The notes below the pieces were generated by a model, which saw only the letters and a program-made list of their open reading frames with translations, was not told where the DNA came from and made no database searches. A stretch of DNA of 50,893 bases, counting the filler, from Dirinaria sp. TL-2023a (taxonomy: Eukaryota): the NCBI GenBank assembly GCA_051941275.1. It is 2 parts of 2 records of this genome, joined end to end, with 100 filler letters (N's around TTAATTAATTAA, not from the genome) between each part and the next. Parts side by side here need not be neighbours in the genome. Positions count along the whole stretch, not along the records: positions 1 to 25,453 come from JAVEBF010000173.1; 1 more part is not named here. One strand, given 5' to 3'. Positions 1 through 11,790 of this stretch are shown piece by piece (within the stretch, counting starts at the first letter, position 1; the number at the start of each line of letters is the position of its first letter). The position numbers and the translations under genes were made by a program.

Positions 1-1001
1 TTGAATATTCATTCACGATTAACATGCGTCTGCTATTATCTGCTTTTGCTCTGGTTGCTGGCTCAAAAATCGTTGATAACCACGAGAATCCTAGCTCCTC
101 ATTGGTCCAGCCCTTTTTGGATACAGCAAAGTGTGCTTCCTCGCTTGAATGATCAAAGTCTTCAAGCCAGGTATCTTGTAGATCGTGTGTGTCTCCTTGA
201 TAGACTAAAGCAGGCGCTAGTGCTGTTCCATCGGCGCATATCGCAGCGAGTAAAGAGATAAACTCGCGAGAGCCATCTTGACTTGTTCCCAAGGTTTTAC
301 CGCTAAGCAGATGCTTTATAGGCACGATACGTTTCTTAGAGCGACAGATCCCTAGCAGAAATCCTTTCTCATCGAAATTGTAGATGTTTGGAGGTCTAAT
401 ATGGTATTTCTCGATGTAATGTTGAAGCTATTGAATCTTAGCTTAATACTCGCAATATATGGGCAATAACTGCGTGTAATATGTGTATTTGGCACTTACA
501 TTGTCAAAGTAATGTTGAAAATGCTTCGAATTATCTGCTACATGTCTTGAATGATCGATATTACGCATATAGCGACTGCGCAGTTTGCTACCATGACGTT
601 TTCGAAAGCGTTTCATTCACCGCTCTCCTATCGAGCGTTTTATGATCTCTCTAGCGAGATTTTCGACCGTTTGAATAGTTGGATGCAGATTACGAGCTGA
701 AAGCTTGTTAATATGCTCTATAAGGACCTCTTCTTGAGCGTTTGTGAGTAGCATATTGTTTCTAGACTGACCTTCGCTGCGAGAGACTGTCTTGTCTTCG
801 AAGCGGCGCTGCAGCGTGAATCTAACGACATTGTATTTTTTAACAGTAGCAGCAAGATTTGGTACCTTCTGCGATTTCAAATCATCAATTGCTACTAAGA
901 TAGCTTTATTATTGGACATTGTAGAGCTTTGCAAAGTTGGGGAGAGCAAAATATTGGAAGTGCGCATTAGGTGTCGGTGCGCATAAGGTGTCGGATTACG
1001 T
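1..1001 (-). mobile_element. pogo/Fot1-family (Tc1/mariner superfamily) DNA transposon, one end present, RIP-inactivated, runs off the window start
   Basis: Minus-strand ATG at 919 gives an HTH-psq/CENP-B-like N-terminus (MSNNKAILVAIDDLKS...LLTNAQEEVLIEHINKLSAR). In-frame TGA at 617-619 sits where W is expected. After a GT..AG intron (499-428) the frame reads ...NIYNFDEKGFLLG...QDGSREFISLLAAICADG...KGWTNEELGFSWL...RRMLIVNEYS, a DDE_1 domain in which DGH has become NEY through G>A/C>T changes. The terminus ACGT(998-1001) is followed by TA (1002-1003). Confidence 0.92.
961..1001 (-). repeat. Transposon terminal inverted repeat with two internal 17-bp direct repeats
   Basis: tgcgcattaggtgtcgg (961-977) and tgcgcataaggtgtcgg (978-994), then attacgt|ta. 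This is the usual Fot1/Pot2-type TIR layout; the partner TIR is outside the window. Confidence 0.8.
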
Positions 1002-1003
1002 TA

Positions 1004-1649
1004 GCCTCCTCGATGCTTGGGCCGAGGGCGCAAAAGTAATGTTGTTGTAACGTGGTGGAAGACAACAGTTGTCCTCGAGCAACAGCATGATGCAGGGTAA
1101 GAATATCTCCAAGCTTGTTGTGCTCGAGACTGTTGGAATGATTGACGACTGGATTGATACTATGGAGTGTGGGTGGTTTCGATGATGTGGAGTCTACCTC
1201 GCACTAAGGGGCGACCGGTCAAGTCCTACCAGGATTAAGGAGAAATGTCTTCATCTTGGACAAGACGAGAGGGTTTCCTTGATTCGTTGATGCCGCTGCT
1301 TTAACCGTCATATGACCATAGCTATGGACAGCAAACTGAGGCTGACTTTCAACCAAGATGGATACCGCCCTGGCTACCTCCTGAGAATTCTCTGGAGTGA
1401 AGACGCAAAACGGTTCAAGAAATACAGATGGTGACCAGTAATATAATTGAAAGCTGTACATTAGTGCTGCGCTCACGGCTCTCTGCATCAGCGGTGTAGT
1501 CCTCACTTATACTCTCGTTAATGTAACTGAGAGAGCTAGGCTTGTATAGCGGATTTGAGTTCCGTGGCGCTAGGTCCTGACCTGCTTGATTGTGCAATAG
1601 CCAGCTCTATGTTGATTAGAACGACAGAAGGTAGAGAAATTTGTTTCAT
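1004..1649 (-). pseudogene. Secreted FAD-linked oxidoreductase (BBE/VAO-type, FAD_binding_4) remnant, truncated at the transposon
   Basis: ATG 1649 starts a possible signal-peptide-like segment and meets an in-frame TAG at 1536-1538. ORF 1219-1506 reads YYWS...PFCVFTPENSQEVARAVSIL...QFAVHSYGHM, a degenerate FAVRSGGH flavinylation motif. Confidence 0.75.
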
Positions 1650-2068
1650 AGTCACTGGCTCACATCGAGGTTTTCCAGGCGTCGGTCGTTCCCAAATAGG
1701 ATATATGAAAGCTTTGAAGGTTTTTGTTCTGTTGCCGTTCTAGATCAGCAAATGCTCACTGTGGTATGTTGAAGAACGCTCTACGGAGACTTCTTTCTAG
1801 TTACATGTGGGACTAGACTTACTGAGCATTGACAAAGAATTTGCACTAATACTTACCGACTACCACAATCTAGGCTACCGCACGGCAACGACGGCCTCCA
1901 AAGGCTGATATTTCGCTAATAGCCTAATCCAGTAGGTCTCCGAGTTTTCTGTCTAGGTAGACTGCAATAATGACTGTACAATCGAAACCCTGCTGGTGTC
2001 TAATTTATGCATATATCTGTTTCTCCTGCAATAGATGAGAGACGGAAGGGCAAACTCAACATTCCATT

Positions 2069-3158
2069 ATGCCTCACCAGGAGCCTACAATGCACGGTTC
2101 AGCACAATCTTATGGTTCAGAACAATACCCAAGAGGCAGTATCCTTGAACCCTTGTGTCATGGTTCTGTAGAGATGATGAGTCGTGCGGTGAACGACTTT
2201 TATCTGGAGCATTGGCCCTTTCCGGACGAGAAAGCAAGGAAAAAGTTCGTGATAGCCGGCTTTCCAACAGTGACGTGCTTGTATTTCCCCAAAGGCTTGG
2301 AATCGCGAATGCCGCAGGCTTGCTCTTTACTCTCGATACTATTTCTCATCGATGGTAAGTCCGAAGACAGACTTTGACCGGATTCTTACTTAGTTGCAAT
2401 TAGATCAATTGGAGTGCATGTCATTGGAGGAAGGCAAAGCGTACAATGACCGCTTGAAGCCTCTGTGTAGGGGCGAATCCCTTCCTAGTCGCTCGGATCC
2501 TGTGGGATGGATCATGTATGATCTATGGGAAAGCATGCGTGCAACTGAGCCAGAACTCGCGCATGGAATCATAGAGCCCCTTTTCGCGTTCATGGACGCG
2601 CAAACATCCAAGGCACGCCTTCAGATTAACGATATAACCCAATACTTGGAATACAGACAGGCTGATGTTGGCCAAGCGTTGGTGTCACTATGGCGGGATG
2701 ATAAAGTTGTTGACATAACTAACTTCTCTAGTCTACTAGCGACTTTGACACGTTATACCATGAACTTGCATATATCGGTGGAGGAGCTCGAATCCGTGGC
2801 AGGTATTGAAGAAAACTGCGGCAGACATATTTCGCTCGTCAACGATATATATAGCTACGAGAAGGAATTGCTTGCTTCGCAGTCAACCACACACGAAGGC
2901 GCAATCCTATGCAATGCAGTACAATATTGGCTAACCAGCTGGGTATCGGCATTGCTCCAGTGAAATATATGCTATGGATCTTGATCCGCGAAGAGGAGTA
3001 TAGGCACCAGGAGCTAGTCAAGAGAAGGATGGCCTCTGGACCAGAGTGCACAGCCGAGTTGCAGGCCTATATACCAGGCCTATATACATGGACTAGAGCA
3101 TCATATGAGCGGCAACGAACTCTGGAGCCGGTTTACAAAGCGGTATAGTCAGTTGTAA
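2069..3158 (+). pseudogene. Aristolochene-synthase-like sesquiterpene cyclase with two frameshifts
   Basis: FYLEHWPFPDEKARKKFVIAGF; LFLID|DQLE across intron 2355-2403; in-frame intron 2678-2731; NSE motif VNDIYSYEKE. A -1 frameshift near 2923 gives TGA at 2961-2963. A 13-bp tandem duplication (3062-3074/3075-3087) shifts the frame again. Repairing both restores ...YIHGLEHHMSGNELWSRFTKRYSQL* (WxxxxxRY motif), ending at 3158. Confidence 0.9.
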
Positions 3159-3681
3159 AGATGGAAGCCTCAGGTTCCTTACAAGATAATGGCATATGGT
3201 AGCGTGAAGCAACATTGATACTTGACCACTCCAAAGAAGATTGTTTATAAAAGTCATGCGATTCTTAGGGCTCTGTTGCTGAGATTGTGGCGCATACTTG
3301 ACTTACACGGCATGGCAACTTTGGCAGGACTAGTAACGGTCTTGCCGTGATTCTCATGAACGAAGTAGCCACAACATCAACGCACAGCGTACGCGAGACG
3401 CGAGAGACCCGCTTGAACTGCAAGATAAACTATGAGGCGTCAGACTGCATGAGTGACTTGCTACGCTTCGACGGTATTCCTTGGATGGACACTGCGTCGC
3501 ATTACTTAATATGCCGGTTATTCCCTCTTTTGGGTAGTGTCCTCTGTCGAAAATTGCTGTTCTCGCACTGGGCGCTCTGCATGGCAAACTCAAGTGCTGT
3601 ATCTGAAAATGCTGCAATTCGATTACGACGCTCGTCACGAAGTTAGCGAATGTCTGCCTCGATCAGGAGTCGACCATAAAC

Positions 3682-5505
3682 ATGAATGTCACAAGCTTGC
3701 TTCTCAAGCAGTTTTGGCCAACAAACATGCTGCTCTACACGGTCATTTTGTTATTTGTCCTTGCCTGTATCTTGGTCAAGCGTTTTACCAGAAAGAAACG
3801 TGTCTACGCTGACGCAGAAATCGCGTGTATTCCTTCGAACGGCAATCTTGCTGCTTCAAGGAACCATTTTCGTGAGCATGCACAAGAGATGCTTCTATAA
3901 GGGTATAATGAAGTGCGCGCCCCTTTCTGTGTCAGAAGTGGGGTAAGCTGATAATTGGGAAAGCACAAGGGAAAACCGTTCTACGTTCCGACGCCCTTTG
4001 GTGAGCGGCTTATGTTACCTAACAAGTACGTGGAGGAGCTCAAAAACGCCCCCATGGAGGACGTGGACTTCCTCGGATCTTTCTTCGAGGTAACTCGTTC
4101 CTTCGTAGGTAGATGAGCGCCTATTGATCGCTGAAAAGATGTTCGAAAGCGAATATACTACGCTTGGTAGCAGATCAATCTTGCACCCCCAGGCCGCCAA
4201 GGTTCATCTGAATAGATACATGGGTGTGTCCATTTCGCGCGAGTGAACCGTTTATTCAAAAACACACGCTCACGTGGTTTTAGATACAATACTGCAACCT
4301 GTAAATGATGAGATAGAAGATGCTTTAGGCGCTTATCTGCCACAGAGCGGAGGAAAGAGTACGCTCCGAGTTGCTGATTTGACTAACATTTCACAGAATG
4401 GACCGAAGTTTGTATGGCTTCTGAGATGTCGATGGTTGTCGCGCGAGCTTCGAGTCGAATGTTTGGTGGACTCAGTCTCAGCCGAAACCGGGAGTGGCTC
4501 CAAACGACGCTCAACTATGCTTCCGATGGTTTTGTAGGGGCACAGAAAATCAAAGCATTACCTAGGATTTTCCGGCCGTGCGTAGCTCCGTTCTTGCCAG
4601 AAGTACGTCGTATGCCTGGTCATTACAAAACAGCTCGCAAAATCATCGTGCCCATATTGCAGAAACGAGAAGCGGAATCTGCCAAATGTTGCGATTTCCT
4701 GGAGTGGATGACAGCTGACGCCGGAGGACCGCAAAGTGATCACAATATGATTGCCGATTTGCAACTCAAAATGAGCCTTGCTGCACTTCATACGACTGCA
4801 GCAACGGTAGTACAGCTGCTTTACGATCTCTGTTGCATGCCTCAGTATATCAGCGCATTGCGTGAGGAGGTGGAAGCGGTACAGGCAAGATACAGCGAGT
4901 GGGATAAGCAGGCACTGCTAGAGCTGGACAGAATGGATTCTTTTATGAAAGAAAGCTTGAGGCACAATCCTCTCCTTCTAGGTCGGTCTTGGTACCTCCC
5001 CTTATCCGTTTGCAGCTTGAAGTCGAGATTACTAGCTTTACCTGTACTTTTAGCTGGGAAAAAAGCTAATGAGATGCCAGTCACTCTTCAGAGAATTGTT
5101 CACCGTGACTTGGTCCTTTCAGATGGCTTTTTAATTCCTGCTGGAACATTGATTGGTGTTCCCTCTCAAGCAGTGGGTATGGATGCTGCACAAATTACCG
5201 ACCCGCACACTTTCCAAGGTTTCCGTTTCACGAAAATTCGTGAAGTGACAGTCAGCGTTGCTGAGAAGGGACGCACACACTGGGCTGCAAGCAATCTGGA
5301 TCATTTGGCCTTTGGGTATGGTCGCCACGTTTGTCCAGGAAGATTCTTCGCGAGTAACGAGATCAAGCTCATCATGGTCCACTTACTCATGTCCTATGAC
5401 TTCGAGTTTGCCGAAGGTCTCAAAGACCGGCCAAAGAATTTATGTGCAGAAATACAACTGATACCGAACCCAGAGACGAGAGTCCGGGTGCGGCGAAGAG
5501 AATAG
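3682..5505 (+). pseudogene. Cytochrome P450 (ent-kaurene-oxidase-like group) with a premature stop in exon 1
   Basis: N-terminal TM anchor; in-frame TAA at 3898-3900 (EMLL*GYNE). Introns at about 3913-3963, 4090-4138, 4224-4283, 4353/4359-4396 and 4982-5080. Motifs AALHTT, KESLR and heme FGYGRHVCPG are present. Confidence 0.85.
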
Positions 5506-5720
5506 AGGTTGTGTTCGAATTTCACGATTTTGAATTCGGCCATAAGCAGGACCGAGACCTTAAAGAGCCGATCTGTCTTGATGGGAGTTTGTGGGCGCTA
5601 ACCTGAGATTCAGAATAACACCGTTGAGATAGACTATCATGGCGCCATTGAGTGAAGCTGAGAGGCATGTATAAATGTCTCTTACATCTATGCGACAACG
5701 AACCCTAAATAAACGCTCGA

Positions 5721-7234
5721 TTATTGTGCTCTGCAGATTCGTAATTGGGCTTCGACTGTCCGGTCAACGGCAAGGACCATGGCCGAGTGGCGATCAAGGT
5801 CTAAAAGCGAGCATTGCTTCTTCACATGGCTCAACAACATCCTCCACTTGCTTAGTTGCAGCGCGATCAGGCCTTTGTAAATGCAAAGCTCTTCGGCTGC
5901 GTCTGTCTCGTACTCTCGGAGAAACAGTGCTCCGTTCTTGCGACCCAGCCCCGTGACTGCATCATGAGCTTGCGTGATCGAGTAAGGGCTGAGACCGATC
6001 ACTTTCAAACATTCGTCTTTCGTAAAATGATCATTGAGCGTACGAATCAATCGTTCATATGAACCCGCGACCTTTTGCCAGAGCAAGATGAGCAGGACGA
6101 GGTATCGCGACGAAGCATTGCAGGTTTCACAACTCAGTATCTCTGCGCAGCGAACGAGTGTTTGCTTTTTCAGCCGCAAGCTCTGGTCTATGGTATCACA
6201 TTTCGTGGGCTCGCCCTCCAATTCAAGCGCCTTAAGCGCTGCTAAGGCAGACTCAACACACGAACACAAGCTTTGGTTCATTGGTTCGATGGGCGGAGCC
6301 CTATTAACCTGTGTAAGAGTGTTGAGTCTATTCGAGCTCCGCGGATCTGATACTGCCTTATGTATTGATGCGTTGGAGATCGTTGGCCTAGTTCTCGTAT
6401 GTTCCAGGGAATGCGGAAATGGACAGCCATGGTCAGACCCATGCACGATCCCACCAATTTGTGTATCATTTGATGAAAGAGGACACCCGCAGCTTTCCGT
6501 CGTGGAACTGTGATTACCCGCAGAACCTGTCCTCTTTTAGTAAAGTAAAATGCTATTGGTGTAACGGCGCTTGAAGATTGTGGTTACCGCAGCAAAAGAG
6601 GGAATAAATCGAAGGCACTTCTGAGTTGCTATACCTAGGAGAAAGTCCCTTTCCTGAAAAGGCTCCTCATGATCAAGCTCGTGTAAAGCTGTGTCTGTAG
6701 ACTTAGCAGCATCTCCTTCGGCGAGCAATGCGCCTAAGTCACAAGCAGAGTCTGGCATCTCTGTTGATGATATCTCAGCCCCATCACCAAGCCAAGGAAG
6801 TGTGAAATGTTCGTCATCACTCAATTGCAAGGATCTAAGTACGCTTTGATGTTGCGAATCATTGCTCCCGTCTGTTGTGGGTGTTCGAGGTTCCAGTGCC
6901 GCTGCGGTAGCTGGAGGTTGCTGCGACTGTTGACGCTGAATCGACCGGCGTACAGCGTTCCTTGGTTCACTGAAATGGTCCGCTTGTCTTGTCCTTTTCC
7001 CACTGCTGCTAGTTCCGTATTCACATTTTATCCTTAGAGATATGCATCTTCGACAACCTTGCTGCTCGCCAGAGCACTTCAACTGCACCGAGGGCGATGT
7101 TTAGTGAGATGATCTTTAATGAATTACCGTATTACCTTCTTGGCACGGCAATAATTGCAAGCCGCATGTACAATACTAGTCGCCGATCGCTCGAGATCAA
7201 GAGAGTCGTTACTGTTGCGTAGTGTCGCAAACAT
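5721..7234 (-). CDS. Zn(II)2Cys6 transcription factor, probable cluster-specific regulator
   Basis: Exon 1 7234-7136 (MFATLR...ACNYCRAKK), intron 7135-7083, then LKCSGEQQGCRRCISLRIKC completes the six-Cys motif. Intron 6634-6527 joins in frame to ORF 5721-6446, which has a CSC...LSCETC C-terminal region reminiscent of AflR-type regulators. No lesion seen. Confidence 0.9.
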
Positions 7235-7595
7235 CGCTATCGAGTGGGATGGTAGCGGTTTGCCGGATTCTCGTCGCACTTTCCAACACTACAAAGGCTG
7301 GGAGAGATGGCAAGCTACTGCTGACGAATTTCAAGCTCGTGGTTTAGCATACGTGTGGTCCACTTTGGCCAATGGATAAGGTAGATTGATACGTCATCCG
7401 AGGCACATGAAATTGATGCAGGTCGTCAGCGGTTCAGCGAATTGGTGCACTCCTTGACGGACAAATCGGCATCCTCATCACAGTACAAGTTGTGGACAAT
7501 GACAGCTTATTCGTGGACGAGGAGAAGCATCTGATGCTGTCCAGCTGTGCCAAGTATCCTATTGGAGCGCTAAGTCGCGTGCAGCATGCCAGACT

Positions 7596-7634
7596 TGTTT
7601 TCGGATTGTTTTCGGATTCTGTTTTCGGATTCTG
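7596..7634. repeat. Three direct repeats of GTTTTCGGATT upstream of the Zn2Cys6 gene
   Basis: Copies start at 7597, 7608 and 7621. Confidence 0.8.
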
Positions 7635-7879
7635 TACTAGAATTTCATCGGCCACACATCAATGTTCGAGTCATAAAAAGCAGCATTATCGTTGGGGGAG
7701 ATGGGAAATTAGTGAATCGAAGCCAATATTTGAACGGGATATCGGATTGTTGAGGATGGTTCCGATACTATTGTAGCTGTTGACAGGCTGGGTATTGGTA
7801 AACGGAGGATTGCAACGTCTGTCACGATGGTGAAGACCCTAGATATTTTTCAGTAAAGCAACAATGGGACATGAGGTTC

Positions 7880-8607
7880 CTAAGTACTTAACGCCGTCGA
7901 TGTCGCAAGTGCACCAGATTTAGTGCATTTGGCTGACTCTCCTGTCCAAGCTCTTGATAAAGGGACACATTGAAGGAAAAAACGATGGTTTGCGTCATTC
8001 CAGTCACGACCACGATTAATGCAATAAAGAGAGCTAGATAATATAGGCGTCGTGATGGAAAGACACGATGATACAGGGCGAGAATGGACAGTTTGACAGG
8101 CGGAAGGCAGCATCAGTAGACGGCCTCCCAAGCAATGGTAGACTGGAATAGCTAGTAAACCTTTATGGGCCAGAGAGCCAACGGCTGCTCACGTATTTGG
8201 TAGTAGGATTTAATGTACTTACTTTGACTAGCATTTTCACGTTCGACACTTTGGTGATATGCAGACCTAGTCCGCTATAGATCGACCAAAAGTTCAACCC
8301 TAACAAGGCCGTTGAAGGAATCTGATAACGTACGTTGCAGGAATCAGCGTCAGCGTCAACCCCGCATTCAAAGAGCAGAAATGATTCTAGAGCTTAAGGG
8401 AAGTTGATGAATACCAAGGCACCAATGATCCACCAGTCATCCACTTCAATACTGACCTTTTGCTTGTGCCTTGCAACTAGCCTTAACAGCGACGGCCGCA
8501 TAAGCCAAGATGCAACAGACAATTAGTGCAGCAATAAGGTTTGGTTGCTGGGTACCATTCTCGTGGGCTTTAAGCTGTTGCATCTTAGAGGGTGATAATG
8601 TCGACAT
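7880..8607 (-). pseudogene. PTH11/SAT4-like (fungal rhodopsin-domain) membrane protein pseudogene, not visible in the ORF track
   Basis: Manual translation: MSTLSPSK...PNLIAALIVCCILAYAAV (frameshift ~8490) LRLVARHKQKVSIEVDDWWIIGAL | intron | IPSTALLG...YSGLGLHI...LVK | intron | STIAWEAVY* (TGA 8113-8115) CCLPPVKLSILALYHRVFP...(frameshift) FLQCVPLSRAW. The 3' end is truncated. Confidence 0.8.
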
Positions 8608-8974
8608 GATGTCCTGGGTAATAGACTCTAGCTGTAAGAAGAGGACGAAGCATTATGTCAAGTGGCCGAGTAGCACTAATAGACGATCTCATTGGTGAAA
8701 TACACTTCTAAGACTGGTTGAGAGCTATGGGTGAAGGTGTAGGCTTTGACATTCTTTCAAGGGTTTTTAGTAAGCGAAGGCGATATTTCGGGAATTTCCG
8801 TTTTAGAGATTAGCGTTGAATAGGGAAAACCGAGGTTGGTATCATGAGCTCGTAGATTACGTCGTAGTATTGTTTTGCCAAATGAACGCTTCATGCTAGG
8901 ACGGTACCTTCAGCTTATGTGGCTTAAAGCGCCGCAAGCCATAGGTAGGCCCGACTAAACCCAGAATGCTCTGT

Positions 8975-10908
8975 CTATAGGGACCCTGCTGCTTGTTTGA
9001 TTATCTTCACGTTTAAGTCTGGCTTCCACCACATAACGTGTAGACGACTCTGCCCCTCCCAATCAAGCCTGTTATCTACTAACTCCAGACTGTAAGTGTA
9101 GAACAGCTTGGCAAGCATCAATGATATCTCAACGTTTGCAAAACTGGCCGCTCAAGGCAAACGTTAGCGCTTATTGCGAACTTGTATGAGGACTCGGACT
9201 GGAGGATGACGTACTTGCGCCCCAAACATCCTCTTGGTCCTAAGGAAAAAGGCTGACTTGCGTGTTTGACGTCCTTACATGAAGAATCGAGCCATCGGGA
9301 GGGGATAAAATCGTGGGGAAGATGAAAATTTCGTTCATCGTGTGTCACGCTCCAGGCACTGGTATAAACTTCGACCTGGACGACCCTGGATAAGCTCATC
9401 GCACCTCACTGATGGGAAGAAGAAATCATAAACTCACGCCTGGCGGTACCCACTTGCCATCTACCAAAGCGCCGGGGGAGATGCGTGGAAAACCTTGGGA
9501 TCCCGGCGGATAAATGCGTAGACCCTCATTGATGACTGCTTGTAGATAAGGTAATTGGAGCGCGGTAGTGGCACTTATATCACCATAACTCTTAAAATTC
9601 GCATAAAGCTCCTGCTGCAGCTGCCTTTGAAATTCAGGAAACTTGCATAGGTAGAAAGTTGTTGCGGCGAGGAAGGTAGCAACTGTTTCGCCACCTGCGA
9701 TGCTATCACACAATAAGTACTTGACGGCCGAGGCAGTCTGTTGAGCCTACACCAAGGTTGATGCGTGAGCAGTCAGCTCCTCCTTATTGATTTCGCCAGA
9801 ATCAACTTTTTCAATCACTTTGGTTAGAAAGTCTTTGCGAGCTGACCTATTCGTAACTCGACTGGAAAAAATTAGGTATTGAACGGCAGAATGATCAGAG
9901 TTCAAGTCAGAGCTCCTCACTCAGCGACCCTTTGTCTGCTGTAATTCAGATGCTTTTTCCGGGTACTGGATGTATATTTTGGTAAGATAGACCTAATAAA
10001 CCACCGAGCACACGAGTATCGTTGCAAGTTGTCAATCAAAGTAATGAGGAACAAGTGCTTGGTGATCAATAGTTGCCAAAAGTGAGGCTGCCCTAGAAGC
10101 GTGATAAAGAGCCAGACATTACTGAGTTAATAAAATTTGGCGGTACAGAAGATGAATACTTACCGTTTTGCATGCTGCCGAACGACTCACCAAAAGCCAT
10201 CTCGCCCAGGATATCGAAGGCCACCATGCCGTACCATACAGTTAGATTAATGCCGTTTGATGAACCACCCAAGCTCCCTATCTTTTCCACGAAACGATCT
10301 ACAGATTCATGTATGCTTGGTTCCTGCTCGCTTAAGGCTTTGCTGGAGAAAGCTGGAGCTAGTGATCGCTTCATCCTTTGATGTGTGGTAGGATCTCGTT
10401 CACTTCCGATACAACCACTGTCGAAACCAGCGCCGTAAACGTCATAGAATCCGCTTTTACGAAAGTCAGGCTTTCCAGGCGATGACCCATAAATGTCTTT
10501 CCAAGATTCGACGGAAGAGAAAGACAATTCATTTGGGGAAATACGGACAACGCTCCCTTAGGAGGACTAGGTCAATTGATCTAGAGAATTAAAGACGACT
10601 CTTACCTTTGTCGCGATGATGACGCTCAATTACTCGATGGAAACGACCGCTAATGGAATAGTAACCTCGCCACAGCTGTGGTCGTGGTAATCAATAAGTA
10701 AAATTCCAGAAATTTGCAGGACCATGTCTCACTCACCAGTGTACATCTTGCAAGTAGTGGGCCAGGAAAGCTTGCCAAAGGATGGAAGAATACATTATAC
10801 AAGCAACCATAAGCTACATAACACAAGAGCTGTATCCGTCAGTCAGGAGGCCGAACATCTATGTGTAGGGGCTTAGAGACTGACCAGTATCAAAGACCAA
10901 AATAGCAT
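8975..10908 (-). CDS. Cytochrome P450 (Tri11/isotrichodermin C-15 hydroxylase-like), multi-exon, apparently intact
   Basis: MLFWSLIL|LLCYVAYGCLYNVFFHPLASFPGP; VVRISPNELSF; AFDILGEMAFGESFG; IAGGETVAT; EGLRIYPP; heme PFSLGPRGCLGRN; ends ...VMWWKPDLNVKIIKQAAGSL*. About 8 GT-AG introns. Confidence 0.9.
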
Positions 10909-11397
10909 TTGCTCAATCGAACAAATTAAGTATATCTGGCATATCTATAATCATAACCAGTAAGATGTTCGGGATTTTGAAGAATTGCGGAGAATAAAGA
11001 TCGCATGGTATATATCCGCTCGAAGTCGCGATTGAGGGCTTGAGAATGATAGCTTGCCCAGACTCTATCGGTAATTTCCTATTCTGAGATAGCGGTCTGC
11101 AGCCCAAAGTAGGGCATTTACGACCACTGAATGCTCAATGATAAGCTATCTCGGCATTTGACGCACGCCGCATGTTCGTTTTGCAATCCCACTTTGATCC
11201 AAGGAGATTGGAGTAAATCTCAACGTCGGCTCTTCGCTTCCGGCCTCGAATTAACAAGGACGAATCAAGTTGAAGAATCCGATCCAGAAGCAATGTGTAA
11301 TTCGATTTTGAAGTTTTTGCCTATGGCACTGCCCAGATGGATTAAAAAATGCGTAGATCATTGCCCAAATACAAGATGAATTGATAATGTCATCATA

Positions 11398-11790
11398 CTA
11401 CTCTAGGTTACTGGTCAATAATTCCGAACTGAACTGTGCGTTGGGCTCAAGGTAATCTCCCAACTCCAGGTTCGAGAACAGTGCGTAGAGAACGGGCCAT
11501 GGAGGAGGATTCGGATCATCTTTTGCCACTGAAGATATGAAGCCAGAAGCAGGTAATATCTTGGTCGCGGTGGGGGCATTCCGATTGAGGCCGGCGACGC
11601 TGAATCTAAAATCGATCGTGGCTGCTCGATAGTACGAGATGTAGATTCGAACGAACAGTTTTGAGTCGACAGCTACGTGAGCTGTGCGAGCGAGGAGGGA
11701 AAAGAAAGGAAGAAAGAAGGACAAAGCAATAGAGACTGTTGACGAAGCCAGAAAGAAAAGAACGTGTTCGAGATCGACATTGGATGCCAT
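11398..11790 (-). CDS. Possible small hypothetical protein
   Basis: 130-aa ATG ORF. The pyrimidine-rich stretch may be an in-frame intron. No recognisable domain. Confidence 0.25.
   Translation of the reverse strand: MASNVDLEHVLFFLASSTVSIALSFFLPFFSLLARTAHVAVDSKLFVRIYISYYRAATIDFRFSVAGLNRNAPTATKILPASGFISSVAKDDPNPPPWPVLYALFSNLELGDYLEPNAQFSSELLTSNLE

Noticed and set aside
10913..10915. Apparent premature TGA in the second P450 (MPDILNLFD*)
   Set aside because: The frame that splices correctly starts at ATG 10908, so this stop lies outside the CDS.
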